Assembly: GCA_022841965.1 (NCBI GenBank)
Contig: JALHQM010000003.1
Location: forward strand, 50,549 to 114,548
Direction of reading: 5' to 3'
From: Hyphomicrobium sp.
Lineage (GTDB): Bacteria > Pseudomonadota > Alphaproteobacteria > Rhizobiales > Hyphomicrobiaceae
Length of the DNA: 64,000 nucleotides
Position 1 is the stretch's first letter. Each line of letters begins with the position of its first letter. This document shows, piece after piece, positions 19,157 through 28,820 of this stretch. The notes beneath the pieces were generated by a model. It worked only from the letters and a program-made list of their open reading frames with translations. It was not told where the DNA came from and did no database searches. The position numbers and the translations under genes were made by a program.

Positions 19157-20608
19157 TTAGTCTTGCAAGATCCAGGTGTCCTTGGTGCCGCCCCCTTGAC
19201 TCGAGTTCACAACCAACGATCCCTCCCGCAGCGCCACGCGCGTCAGACCGCCGGGAACAAGTCGCACCCGATCGCCGATCAACACAAACGGGCGCAGGTC
19301 GAGATGACGCGGCGCCAAACCTGCATCGACGAGGGTTGGGCACGTGGAGAGGGCGAGCGTGGGTTGGGCGATGTAATTCGACGGTCGCGCTTTCAGTTTC
19401 TCGCGAAACGCGTCGATTTCCTTTTCTGAAGCTGCCGGTCCAACCAGCATTCCATATCCGCCCGAACCGTGAACTTCCTTCACAACCAGCTCTTTGAGAT
19501 TGTCGAGGACGTAGGCGAGTTCGTTGGGGTTGCGGCAGTTTCGCGTCGGCACATTATTCAAGATCGGCGGTGCACCCGTGTAGAATTTCACGATCTCCGG
19601 AATGTAGCTGTAGATCGCCTTGTCGTCCGCGATTCCAGCGCCCGGCGCGTTGACGATCGTCACTCGCCCAGAACGGTAAACGTCAAACAAGCCAGGCACG
19701 CCAAGCATCGACGTCGGCTCGAACACCAGTGGATCGAGAAAATCATCATCGATTCGCCGATACAGGACGTCGACCTGCTTCAGTCCCTGCGTCGTCTTCA
19801 TGTAAAGCGCACCGTCGAGGACCACGAGATCGTGCCCCTCGACGAGTTCGACACCCATCTGATCGGCGAGAAACGAGTGCTCGAAGTAGGCGCTGTTATA
19901 AAGACCGGGTGTGAGAAGCGCGATATTGGGTTCGCGGTCGAGATGCTTGTCCGCCACGCTCTCCAGCGTCTTCAAGAGATTGTCGGGATAGGTCTCGATC
20001 GGAGCGACGCGGTTCTTGGCAAACAAATCCGGAAACATGTGCATCATCGTTTCGCGGTTCTCCAGCATGTAGGAGACCCCCGAAGGCGTGCGCGTGTTGT
20101 CCTCGAGAACGTAGAACTCGTTCGGCCCCGTCCGAACGATGTCGATGCCGATGATGTGCGAGTAGATGCCAAGCGGTGGGTCCACACCGATCATCTCGGG
20201 CACAAAGGCGCTATTCTGGATGACCAGCTCTTCCGGGATTCGCCCCGCCCGCAAGATCTCTTGGCGATGGTAGATGTCGTACATAAAGGCATTGAGCGCC
20301 TTGACCCGCTGTTCAATACCCGCTGCCAGCCGCCGCCACTCGGATGCGGAAATGATGCGCGGCACGATGTCGAAGGGGATCAAGCGCTCGGAGGACTGCC
20401 CATCGCCATAGACGGCAAACGTTATTCCGGTCCGCCGGAACAGCGCTTCCGCTTCGGTTCGCTTCTTTTTCAGATCATCGATTTTCTGGGTACCGAGCCA
20501 CTCAGCCACGGCGCGGTAAGGTTCACGCACCCCCCCACCGAAGCCATTCATTTCGTCGAAGGCTTTCGACACGTCGAGCGATCCCCCAATTCGTTTGTTC
20601 TTAGCCAC
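19157..20608 (-). CDS. Circularly permuted ATP-grasp protein (type 2; DUF404/DUF407)
   Basis: 483 aa. It is the conserved first gene of the Anbu operon, and its sequence is typical of the COG2308 family. Confidence 0.85.
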   Translation of the reverse strand: MAKNKRIGGSLDVSKAFDEMNGFGGGVREPYRAVAEWLGTQKIDDLKKKRTEAEALFRRTGITFAVYGDGQSSERLIPFDIVPRIISASEWRRLAAGIEQRVKALNAFMYDIYHRQEILRAGRIPEELVIQNSAFVPEMIGVDPPLGIYSHIIGIDIVRTGPNEFYVLEDNTRTPSGVSYMLENRETMMHMFPDLFAKNRVAPIETYPDNLLKTLESVADKHLDREPNIALLTPGLYNSAYFEHSFLADQMGVELVEGHDLVVLDGALYMKTTQGLKQVDVLYRRIDDDFLDPLVFEPTSMLGVPGLFDVYRSGRVTIVNAPGAGIADDKAIYSYIPEIVKFYTGAPPILNNVPTRNCRNPNELAYVLDNLKELVVKEVHGSGGYGMLVGPAASEKEIDAFREKLKARPSNYIAQPTLALSTCPTLVDAGLAPRHLDLRPFVLIGDRVRLVPGGLTRVALREGSLVVNSSQGGGTKDTWILQD

Positions 20609-20897
20609 AATAGCGCAAAGACCGGGCCAACTAAAAAACCAAATAAAGTCAGAGAGATAAGGCGGCAGGAACGACGATCTGGCGTCTCAAGAGGCGGCGG
20701 TTGCACAAGTTTCAGTCACGCCATGTCGCACGGAACGGCCTGAGCAGTTTTTAGGCGCCCTCCAATTAACCGCAAGTCGAACGACACGTCACGGTCCACC
20801 TGTTCGACCCGTCTCTGCCGCTATTCATCATGATAGTAAGGTCCTAGGGGTTGATCGACCAGTGGGAGTGGTCAAAGCGAGAGCGGTGACGGGGGAC

Positions 20898-22955
20898 ATG
20901 GCAGAACGCAGCAGCAGCCGAAGTGGAACGTACGCGGAGCGCGCGGGTTCCAGCCCCGAGCGCGTCGGCGTTATCGTCATACACGGTGTTGGCGAAACTG
21001 AAGCTGGCTGGATCAACGACAGCCTGATTCCCCGCCTCGCTTCGGAGCCCGACACCCCGGCATTCGACAATCACAGCGAGGTCTTCAACCTTCCCGATCG
21101 GGGCCGAAACCGTCCAAACCTTCGTTTCAAAGCATTTGTTCGCCGTGGCCGCACCCAGAGCGGAGCGAGCCTTGCGTTAATGGAAATGACCTGGGCCGAT
21201 CTTTCGCGCATCGGCTCTGGCACGCTGGCCAACGCCCTCGTCATGCTGAAACTCTTCTACGAAGCGCCTCAGGTGCTCGGCGAGTGCTTCTTCGACAAGA
21301 CGCGCAATGTCTTTGCCACCGTTCTTTGGAACCTCATCCGGCTCGCCAATTGGATTCTCCGCTGGCCCATCACCGGGCTCAACATCGTTGCGCTCGTTTG
21401 CGCCCTGACGCTTCTGCTCCGGCAAAGAATGCTGGACACACCTGACCTCCAGCCGTTGTTCATCTTTAGCCTGCCGCACGTGATGATGGCGCTCCTCGCC
21501 GGTCTCGCGGTGTTGTCACTCCTGTTCGCGCGATGGCGCGTTGGCCGCGACATCGCCCTCACCGATATAGGCATGTCGACGGCAATGTTCGCCGCCCTAT
21601 CCGCGATGGCCATTTTTATCACGCAACAGGTCATGCCGGATGAACTGTTGATGAACCCGGCATTTTACCTGAAGGCAGCCGGCGTGGTCATCTTCGGGTT
21701 CTGGATGATCTGGAATTACGCCATGCTGGTCGCGATTCTGTCCCTCGCTGCCCTGGCCATCCAGCAATGGTTTGAAAAAGAGAACACCGAGCGCATTCCC
21801 ATCATCCGTCCCGTGGCCGCAGTCAGCCTCAGCGTTGCCCAGGGCGTGATCTACAAAATCGTCATCGCCCTCCTCTGGATCTTTATATTCGTCACCCTTG
21901 ATTTCAATGAACGCACCGCCGACGCCTGCCAGAATGATCCGCTACATGCGTGCAGCTACCTGGCTGACGTTCAGAAAAATCTTGTCGGAATTGTCGTTTT
22001 CAATCTCCTCGTCGTCTCCGCCCTCGCCGTCACATTCTTCGTTGTCGCAATCACCCGTTCGCTTCTGCGCATCCCCGCCCGCCGCACGCGCCGCCTAGCA
22101 TCGTTCTGGATGCCGCGCATGATCGTGAACCCGGTTGCGATCGTCATTCTCCTCCTCGGCACACTTTTCAACCTTGTGATTTTCTATTGGCGGGATGTCA
22201 TTCCGGTTGATTTCTACAAGCAGGTCGACGTACGGCTTCTGCCGTGGCAGGAGGTCGTTAAGGTCATGGTCGGCGGCGGTTCAGCCTTGACCGTCGCATT
22301 CTACGCCTTCCGGGCTTTGCAGCACGCCGCCCGCGGAATCCTTCACATCGGCCGCGATCTCGTCGACCACCAATTCACGCCGCGCTTTACATTCTCGCGC
22401 TACCTGCTTCCGAGACCCGCACATACGGGCGTCGCTCATCCCCGGCGCGCGCGCATTGAGGCTCGTCTCGATGTACTCTTGAAGGAAATCGTCGACGTCG
22501 AACAATTCGATCGCCTCGTCTTCATCGCCCACAGCCAGGGCAGCGTCATCCTGCACGACTACCTGAGCGGAAACCGGGACGACCTCGCGATCCGCAGAGC
22601 GCGCCGCATCGACATCCTGACGCTCGGCTCTCCGCTGTCCCACCTCTATCAATACTACTTCGCGAAATACGAAGCGACGAGCGCCGGTCCCGAAGCGCTG
22701 AACACGCGCCTCACCTCTTGGACCAACATGTGGCGCGTTGACGATCCCATCGGCAATCGGATCGATCTTTTCGACGGCAATTTCGTGCGCAACATTCCGC
22801 TGCGTCCCGGCGGACATGTCGACTACTGGAAAGACCCCGAGGCCATCCGCGCCATCATCGACCTCATTGAGGAACGGCCGATCTCTTATGTGCCAGTTGA
22901 AGCAAACGAGGCAATTGAGCGGCCGCTGGCCGAACCCGTACCAGCCGCCACCTAG
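20898..22955 (+). CDS. Polytopic membrane protein with split alpha/beta-hydrolase (serine esterase/lipase-like) motifs
   Basis: N-terminal VIVIHGVGE, then ~10 hydrophobic helices, then FIAHSQGS (GxSxG-type elbow), DDPIG and GGHVDYW. ATG 20898 is preferred over GTG 20862. Confidence 0.7.
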   Translation: MAERSSSRSGTYAERAGSSPERVGVIVIHGVGETEAGWINDSLIPRLASEPDTPAFDNHSEVFNLPDRGRNRPNLRFKAFVRRGRTQSGASLALMEMTWADLSRIGSGTLANALVMLKLFYEAPQVLGECFFDKTRNVFATVLWNLIRLANWILRWPITGLNIVALVCALTLLLRQRMLDTPDLQPLFIFSLPHVMMALLAGLAVLSLLFARWRVGRDIALTDIGMSTAMFAALSAMAIFITQQVMPDELLMNPAFYLKAAGVVIFGFWMIWNYAMLVAILSLAALAIQQWFEKENTERIPIIRPVAAVSLSVAQGVIYKIVIALLWIFIFVTLDFNERTADACQNDPLHACSYLADVQKNLVGIVVFNLLVVSALAVTFFVVAITRSLLRIPARRTRRLASFWMPRMIVNPVAIVILLLGTLFNLVIFYWRDVIPVDFYKQVDVRLLPWQEVVKVMVGGGSALTVAFYAFRALQHAARGILHIGRDLVDHQFTPRFTFSRYLLPRPAHTGVAHPRRARIEARLDVLLKEIVDVEQFDRLVFIAHSQGSVILHDYLSGNRDDLAIRRARRIDILTLGSPLSHLYQYYFAKYEATSAGPEALNTRLTSWTNMWRVDDPIGNRIDLFDGNFVRNIPLRPGGHVDYWKDPEAIRAIIDLIEERPISYVPVEANEAIERPLAEPVPAAT

Positions 22956-23293
22956 ACGACCGCGCTGCGCGTGCCGGGAATAGCGGGCGAGGGGCCGCAA
23001 AACGTGATCACATCTCCGTCGCTGATGGATGCGCCCAAATCCAAGTTGCCGCCCGTATAGGTGCCGGGATTCATGTCCCGCCCGTTGCACAAAACACGCG
23101 CAATTTGGTCCAACGGTATCTGGTAGATCGCAATAAGATCGCCCACGCTCGTCTCTGCAGGCACGTCAATCGTCTTGGCAAACCGTGGACGGTCGCCGAA
23201 TTTCATCAGGCTCGTCACGAATCGCACCTCGATGGACATCGTTTCGGCGGCGCGGGACGTGGCGGCTGTGATCGAGCGGTCATAAGCGGACAT
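22952..23293 (-). CDS. Small ThiS/MoaD-like (beta-grasp) protein, hypothetical
   Basis: MSIEVRFV...VLCNGRDM...ISDGDVITFCGP resembles the MoaD pattern ...VN...L.DGDEVAFFPPV, but there is no C-terminal GG. The start is uncertain (23293, 23239 or 23413). Confidence 0.4.
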   Translation of the reverse strand: MSAYDRSITAATSRAAETMSIEVRFVTSLMKFGDRPRFAKTIDVPAETSVGDLIAIYQIPLDQIARVLCNGRDMNPGTYTGGNLDLGASISDGDVITFCGPSPAIPGTRSAVV

Positions 23294-23426
23294 GGCATGC
23301 TCACGAAAAAGTTTGCGATGCCCTGCAAATCCCGCAATTCGCGGCTGCGCACAATTCCCCGAAAGTCGAACGGGCGCCGGAGTGATCCAGCGCCCGCCCA
23401 AATGCCAAGCCACGCGTGGCTAAATT

Positions 23427-25103
23427 TTAGAACAACCCCTCGATCTGCCCCTGATCGTTCAGTCGAATGGTGTCTGCTGACGGCACCTTCGGCAGTCCGG
23501 GCATCGTCATGATGTCACCGGTCACCACCACAATAAACTCCGCCCCCGCCGAGAGACGCAGTTCCCGCACCGGCACGATATGTCCCGTTGGAGCACCGCG
23601 CTTGTTCGCGTCCGTCGAGAATGAATACTGCGTCTTGGCCATGCACACCGGCAGATGGCCAAAGCCCATGGCCTCCAATTCCTTGAAGCGCGTCTCAACC
23701 GAACCGTCGCACGAGATATCTGCCGCGCGGTAGATCTCGGTCGCGATCGTCTTGACCTTATCGCGCAACGGCATCTCGTCCGGGTACAACGTCTTGAAGT
23801 TGGCCTTGCCGCTCTCGCACACCCCCACGACATGCTGCGCCAGCGCTTCCGTCCCCTTACCGCCATCTGCCCAATGCGTGCACAGGAACGCCTTTGTTCC
23901 CATGCTCTCCGCCGCCTTCATCACTTCCTGGATTTCAGCTTCGGTATCCGTGATAAACCGATTGACGGCCACCACCGCCGGAACGCCGAACTTGGCGACA
24001 TTTTCGATGTGCCGCTTGAGATTATCGCAGCCCTTGGCGACAGCAGCGACGTTCTCGCCCTTCAAGTCTTCCTTCTTCACGCCGCCGTGCATCTTGAGCG
24101 CCCGCACGGTCGCGACAATCACCGTTGCCGACGGCGCAAGACCCGCCTTGCGGCACTTGATGTCGAAGAACTTTTCAGCGCCAAGATCCGCGCCGAAACC
24201 AGCTTCTGTCACCACGTAGTCGGCCAATTTCAGCGCCGTCTGGGTTGCGAGCACCGAGTTGCAGCCGTGCGCAATGTTGGCAAACGGACCGCCATGGATA
24301 AACACCGGATTGTTCTCCAGCGTCTGTACTAGATTGGGCATCAAGGCGTCCTTGAGCAGCACGGTCATCGCGCCGTCCGCCTTCACGTCCCGAGCCCGCA
24401 CCGGCTTCTTGTCGCGCGTGTAGGCGATGATGATGTTTCCAAGCCGATTTTCGAGATCCTTGAGGTCCTTCGACAGGCACAGAATGGCCATGACTTCGGA
24501 CGCCACCGTAATGTCGAAACCGTCTTCGCGTGGGAAACCATTCGAAACGCCGCCCAGAGAGTTGACGATCGAGCGCAGCGCGCGATCGTTCATGTCAAGC
24601 ACGCGGCGCCATTCCACGCGGCGGCTATCGATGCCCAGGCTATTGCCCCAGTAGATGTGATTGTCGATCAACGCCGAGAGCAGGTTGTGCGCGGATGTGA
24701 TGGCGTGAAAGTCGCCGGTGAAGTGAAGATTGATATCTTCCATCGGCACGACCTGGGCGTAGCCGCCCCCTGCCGCGCCACCCTTCACGCCGAAGCATGG
24801 CCCGAGCGATGGCTCACGCAAAGCCATGATCGCCTTTTTGCCGATCCGGTTCAGACCATCACCAAGGCCCACCGTCGTCGTCGTCTTACCCTCGCCCGCT
24901 GGCGTCGGGTTGATGGCCGTCACGAGGATCAGTTTGCCGTCCGGGCGGTTCTTCAGACTATCGATAAAGTCCGCCGTCACCTTCGCCTTTGTCGGGCCGT
25001 ACTGCAAAAGTGCATCCGATGGGATGCCGACCTTGGCGGCCACCTCCGAAATCGGCTTCATGCTGGCTTCGCGGGCAATCTCAATGTCGGTCTTCACGGT
25101 CAC
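23427..25103 (-). CDS. fhs: Formate-tetrahydrofolate ligase
   Basis: 558 aa. [15 protein letters not shown]-loop and full-length FTHFS similarity. GTG start preceded by GAGGGA. Confidence 0.95.
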   Translation of the reverse strand: MTVKTDIEIAREASMKPISEVAAKVGIPSDALLQYGPTKAKVTADFIDSLKNRPDGKLILVTAINPTPAGEGKTTTTVGLGDGLNRIGKKAIMALREPSLGPCFGVKGGAAGGGYAQVVPMEDINLHFTGDFHAITSAHNLLSALIDNHIYWGNSLGIDSRRVEWRRVLDMNDRALRSIVNSLGGVSNGFPREDGFDITVASEVMAILCLSKDLKDLENRLGNIIIAYTRDKKPVRARDVKADGAMTVLLKDALMPNLVQTLENNPVFIHGGPFANIAHGCNSVLATQTALKLADYVVTEAGFGADLGAEKFFDIKCRKAGLAPSATVIVATVRALKMHGGVKKEDLKGENVAAVAKGCDNLKRHIENVAKFGVPAVVAVNRFITDTEAEIQEVMKAAESMGTKAFLCTHWADGGKGTEALAQHVVGVCESGKANFKTLYPDEMPLRDKVKTIATEIYRAADISCDGSVETRFKELEAMGFGHLPVCMAKTQYSFSTDANKRGAPTGHIVPVRELRLSAGAEFIVVVTGDIMTMPGLPKVPSADTIRLNDQGQIEGLF

Positions 25104-25341
25104 GGCGTTTCCCTCGAATGGAGTTTCTTATGCGTGGGTGAGTAGTTAACCGCGCGCGGCAGGCAAAGCTAGCAGCGGGAAAGGATGCTTGGCGGTTGTC
25201 CGGGAATATGTCGACTAAAGTCGCTGCCGCCAAGCGCGTTATTGTCGTCCGGGGCCTGGAGCGGTGCGGCTTTGCTTCGCACATGCGAAGGCCCACCGCT
25301 GGGGGCGGCGCGCCTGTCTTGGGGGGGCATGGTTTGCCGGC

Positions 25342-26658
25342 TTATCTCTCGCGGAAAGCCCGGTTGATCTGATCTGACATTGGCTTCATGAGGTAGGAAA
25401 GCGCTGTCCGCTCCTCGGTCGTAATATGGACTTCAACAGGGATGCCCGGCTGTAGCTTGTTGTGACCGAGCTTCGCCCGCTCGGCATCAGACATTGAAAT
25501 TCTGGCGGTGAAATAGATTTCACCCGTGATCTGGTCGCGGGTCAGATCCGGCGAAATGCTCGCCACTTCGCCGGCGATTTGCGGTGTCGTCTGCTGGCTG
25601 AACGCACTGAAGCGTAGGCGCGCCTGCATGCCGACCCGCACCTGATCGATATCCTGCGGCGCGATCTTGGCCTCGACCAGCAGCTTATCGTCTTGCGGAA
25701 CGATGAGCATGATCTGCTCGCCGGGATTGATGATCCCGCCCACTGTGAAAACCGCCAGCTGATGCACGATTCCATCCTGTGGCGCGCGGATGTCAACCCG
25801 GCGCAATTGGTCGACAGCAGCAATCTTACGTTCAACAAATTCCGCGATCTTCGTTTGTGCGTCGCGCAGTTCGTTGACCACCTCGGTCTTCATATCCTGG
25901 TCGAGGCGCGCCATCTGCAACGCAACTTCCGTCCGCCGCCCGCTCGTCTGCGCCAAAGTGGCGCCATACTGGCCAAGCTCGCCCTCAAGTCGCGCCTTCT
26001 CCCGCTTCAGCGCCGCCAGCTTCGTGGTCGTTACCAGCTGCTTGGCCTCTAGACCTGAAAGGCCCGCCAGCTCGTCGGCAATCAGTTTGATTTCGCGCGT
26101 CTTGGCATCAAGTTGCGCGGTGATGCCATCCGCCTCCTGCGCCAGTTGGCCGACACGCTCGTTGAGCTGCGACAGTTGCCCGGCCTTGGACTCCCGGCGC
26201 GAAACGAAAAGGCTTTGCTCGCCGTTCACGATCTCGGCAACATCGGCTTCGAAAGTTCTGCTGGCCAGTATCTCTGGAACAGCAATGCTGTCCGCGCCGT
26301 CCCGCTCCGCCTTGAGCCGCGCTTCGCGCATCAAAAGCTGATCGAGCTGCTTGGAGATTATCTGCTCGTTGGTGCGCGTGAGCGTCTCGTCGAGCCGGAC
26401 GAGGAGATCGCCCACGTTCACCTTTGAGCCATTTTTCACGTGGATCTCACCGACAATGCCGCCGGAGGGATGCTGAACTTTCTTCACGTTCGACTCAACG
26501 ACGACAAGTCCGGCGCCGATCACCGCGCCCGAGATCGTCGTGCTCGCAGCCCAAACACCCAGGCCACCGACGAGAAAAAATAATACTGCCAAGCCCGCTG
26601 CAATGTAACCGCGGACGTTCGCTGCAACCTCGACCTTGATGCGCTGCGGACGGGTCAT
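25342..26658 (-). CDS. HlyD-family type I secretion periplasmic adaptor
   Basis: 438 aa. N-terminal TM helix, long coiled-coil region and a C-terminal barrel. Its start overlaps the ABC gene stop by 4 nt. Confidence 0.9.
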   Translation of the reverse strand: MTRPQRIKVEVAANVRGYIAAGLAVLFFLVGGLGVWAASTTISGAVIGAGLVVVESNVKKVQHPSGGIVGEIHVKNGSKVNVGDLLVRLDETLTRTNEQIISKQLDQLLMREARLKAERDGADSIAVPEILASRTFEADVAEIVNGEQSLFVSRRESKAGQLSQLNERVGQLAQEADGITAQLDAKTREIKLIADELAGLSGLEAKQLVTTTKLAALKREKARLEGELGQYGATLAQTSGRRTEVALQMARLDQDMKTEVVNELRDAQTKIAEFVERKIAAVDQLRRVDIRAPQDGIVHQLAVFTVGGIINPGEQIMLIVPQDDKLLVEAKIAPQDIDQVRVGMQARLRFSAFSQQTTPQIAGEVASISPDLTRDQITGEIYFTARISMSDAERAKLGHNKLQPGIPVEVHITTEERTALSYLMKPMSDQINRAFRER

Positions 26659-28643
26659 TGAACACCTCCCGTATCGTGATCAGTGATCACCTTGGGCACC
26701 AAACTTGGAAAAGGCGTTGTCGAGGTTTCAGATGGCGCGGATGTCATCGGCGACACAGTGGCGACCGGCCGCAGAGACGCGGTCGGTTTGCTGGAGCCAG
26801 TCTTTCGTACAGTCCGAACGACCGGCATTGAGGCGTCTTTCGCGGCCACACCTGCAGCAGCGGGTCCGGCCGGCGCAACCGGTTCGGCTTGGTTCCGTGC
26901 GGCGACAGGCTCAGGAGTGTGCGCTGGTTGCGGCCGGTTGAGCACATCCTTCAGCACGTCGGCCTTAGGTCCGAAAGCCGCGATCTGTCCCCGTGCCATG
27001 GCCAAAACCATGTTGATGGCAGCCAGAGCTGACGGGCGGTGGGCGATGACGATCGCGATCCCGCCGCGTGCGCGAACCGACTGGATCGCTGCGGTCAGCG
27101 CGTTGTCACCGGCCGTATCGAGATTGGAGTTCGGCTCATCGAGCACGACGAGGAATGGATCGCCATAAAGCGCACGCGCCAACGCGATGCGCTGCCGCTG
27201 ACCCGCCGAAAGTCCCACGCCGCCCTCGCCGATCTTGGTCTGATAGCCGTCGGGCAGATTGACGACCATCTCGTGAACTCCGGCCGCTTCCGCTGCCTTC
27301 ACGATGGTCTCACTTGTGGCATCAGGATCGAAACGCGCAATGTTCTCGGCCACGGTCCCGGCAAAGAGTCCGATTTCCTGCGGCAGATATCCGATGTGTT
27401 GGCCGAGTGCCTCAGGCGTCCACTGGTCGAGCGCGGCCCCGTCGAGGCGCACGCTGCCAGCCGGTGTCAACGGTTGCCAAATGCCCATCAGCGCCCGGGC
27501 CAGCGTCGATTTACCCGACGCGCTGGGGCCGATGATGCCCAGGCCGTCGCCGGCGTTGAGCGCAAAATTGATCCCGTGAATAATCGGGTTGCGCTCACCC
27601 GGTGCCGCGATCGCGAGATTGCGAACACTCAGCGTCGCGGCCGGTTTGGGCAACGCCACAAGATCCGCCTCGTCCCCTCCAATATCCATCATATCGAACA
27701 TTTTCGACAGACGCTCATAGCTCTGTCGTGTCGCAACGAACCCGCGCCAATGCGCAATAGCCGTCTCGATGGGCGCCAGAGCGCGCGCCATGATGATCGA
27801 TGCGGCAACGATGGTACCGGGCGATACCTCGCCACGAATGACGAGCCAGGCGCCAAGGCCCAAGATTCCGGACTGCAAAAATAGCCGCATCACTTTCGAA
27901 ATGCTGCCGATGCCGGATGCAGCATCATTTGCTGTCATTTGATCGGTGACATGCTGCGCAGTAAGCTTCTCCCAGCGGGCCAGCATACGGTCGCCAAGTC
28001 CAAGAGCATGGATGAGCTCAGCGTTTCGCCGCGTTTCCTCGCCGAAAGCGTAGCGAGACGACGCGCTGGTGACAGCCGACATCGTCGGCTCTCGCGTCTG
28101 CTGTTCGGTTAAAAGCGTCAACGTCACGAGAATGATCGCGCCGAACAGAGCGAAGACACCGAGGATTGGATGAAACAAAAAGACGACGAGCAGATAGATC
28201 GGCACCCACGGCAGATCAAAAAGCGCTGTCGGGCCAAGCCCGCTGAAGAAGCCGCGGATGGTGTCGAGATCGCGGACCGGCTGTAGACCGTCGCCAGACT
28301 TGCGGTACTTGAGCGGCATCATGCGGATGGCCCGGTACACGCTGGCCCGCACATCGTTGTCCATCCGGACGCCCACGCGGCTCATGACCCGGACGCGAAT
28401 AAAATCAAGAAATCCGTTGGCCATATAAAGCAGCGCCATCAGAACGGTGAGACCGATCAAGGTCGGCACGCTGTTCGACGGCAGCACCCGGTCATAGACC
28501 TGGAGCATGTAGAATGAGCCGGTCAGCGCCAGCAGGTTGATGACACCCGAGAAGAGGCCAACAGCGATCAGTAGGTCTTTCGAGCGGCGAAGCGTGCGCT
28601 GCAGCGGGTTAGAAATGGGGGGACTGGACGAAAGCCGACTCAT
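26655..28643 (-). CDS. Type I secretion system permease/ATPase (PrtD-type, no C39 peptidase domain)
   Basis: Six-TM domain plus an NBD (GPSASGKST Walker A, LSAGQRQRIALARA, LVVLDEPNSNLD). ATG 28643 is preferred; the ORF is open from TTG 28679. It carries a ~95-aa low-complexity tail after the NBD. Confidence 0.9.
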   Translation of the reverse strand: MSRLSSSPPISNPLQRTLRRSKDLLIAVGLFSGVINLLALTGSFYMLQVYDRVLPSNSVPTLIGLTVLMALLYMANGFLDFIRVRVMSRVGVRMDNDVRASVYRAIRMMPLKYRKSGDGLQPVRDLDTIRGFFSGLGPTALFDLPWVPIYLLVVFLFHPILGVFALFGAIILVTLTLLTEQQTREPTMSAVTSASSRYAFGEETRRNAELIHALGLGDRMLARWEKLTAQHVTDQMTANDAASGIGSISKVMRLFLQSGILGLGAWLVIRGEVSPGTIVAASIIMARALAPIETAIAHWRGFVATRQSYERLSKMFDMMDIGGDEADLVALPKPAATLSVRNLAIAAPGERNPIIHGINFALNAGDGLGIIGPSASGKSTLARALMGIWQPLTPAGSVRLDGAALDQWTPEALGQHIGYLPQEIGLFAGTVAENIARFDPDATSETIVKAAEAAGVHEMVVNLPDGYQTKIGEGGVGLSAGQRQRIALARALYGDPFLVVLDEPNSNLDTAGDNALTAAIQSVRARGGIAIVIAHRPSALAAINMVLAMARGQIAAFGPKADVLKDVLNRPQPAHTPEPVAARNQAEPVAPAGPAAAGVAAKDASMPVVRTVRKTGSSKPTASLRPVATVSPMTSAPSETSTTPFPSLVPKVITDHDTGGVQ

Positions 28644-28820
28644 AACGGCACTCACGCTCCGGATCGCGCCGTGGCTCAATCGCGAACCGGAGGGTCCGTG
28701 ACGGTCTTCGACGCATGGTTACCGGAACATTGGTGCCAGAGAACTCTTCACAGATGGCTAACTCTGAAAAGAAAAAGCGTTTCGGGAGAGTCACTTGCCA
28801 ATTTCGCCCTTCATCTTTTG

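Noticed and set aside
28680-28820. A small secreted-peptide substrate gene between the HlyC-like and ABC genes (71-aa ORF 28609-28824; 7-aa MKGEIGK)
   Set aside because: The 71-aa ORF overlaps both flanking genes and has an Arg-rich, unconvincing sequence with no SD. The 7-aa ORF is too short to evaluate. There is no Gly-rich or RTX-like C-terminal signal.
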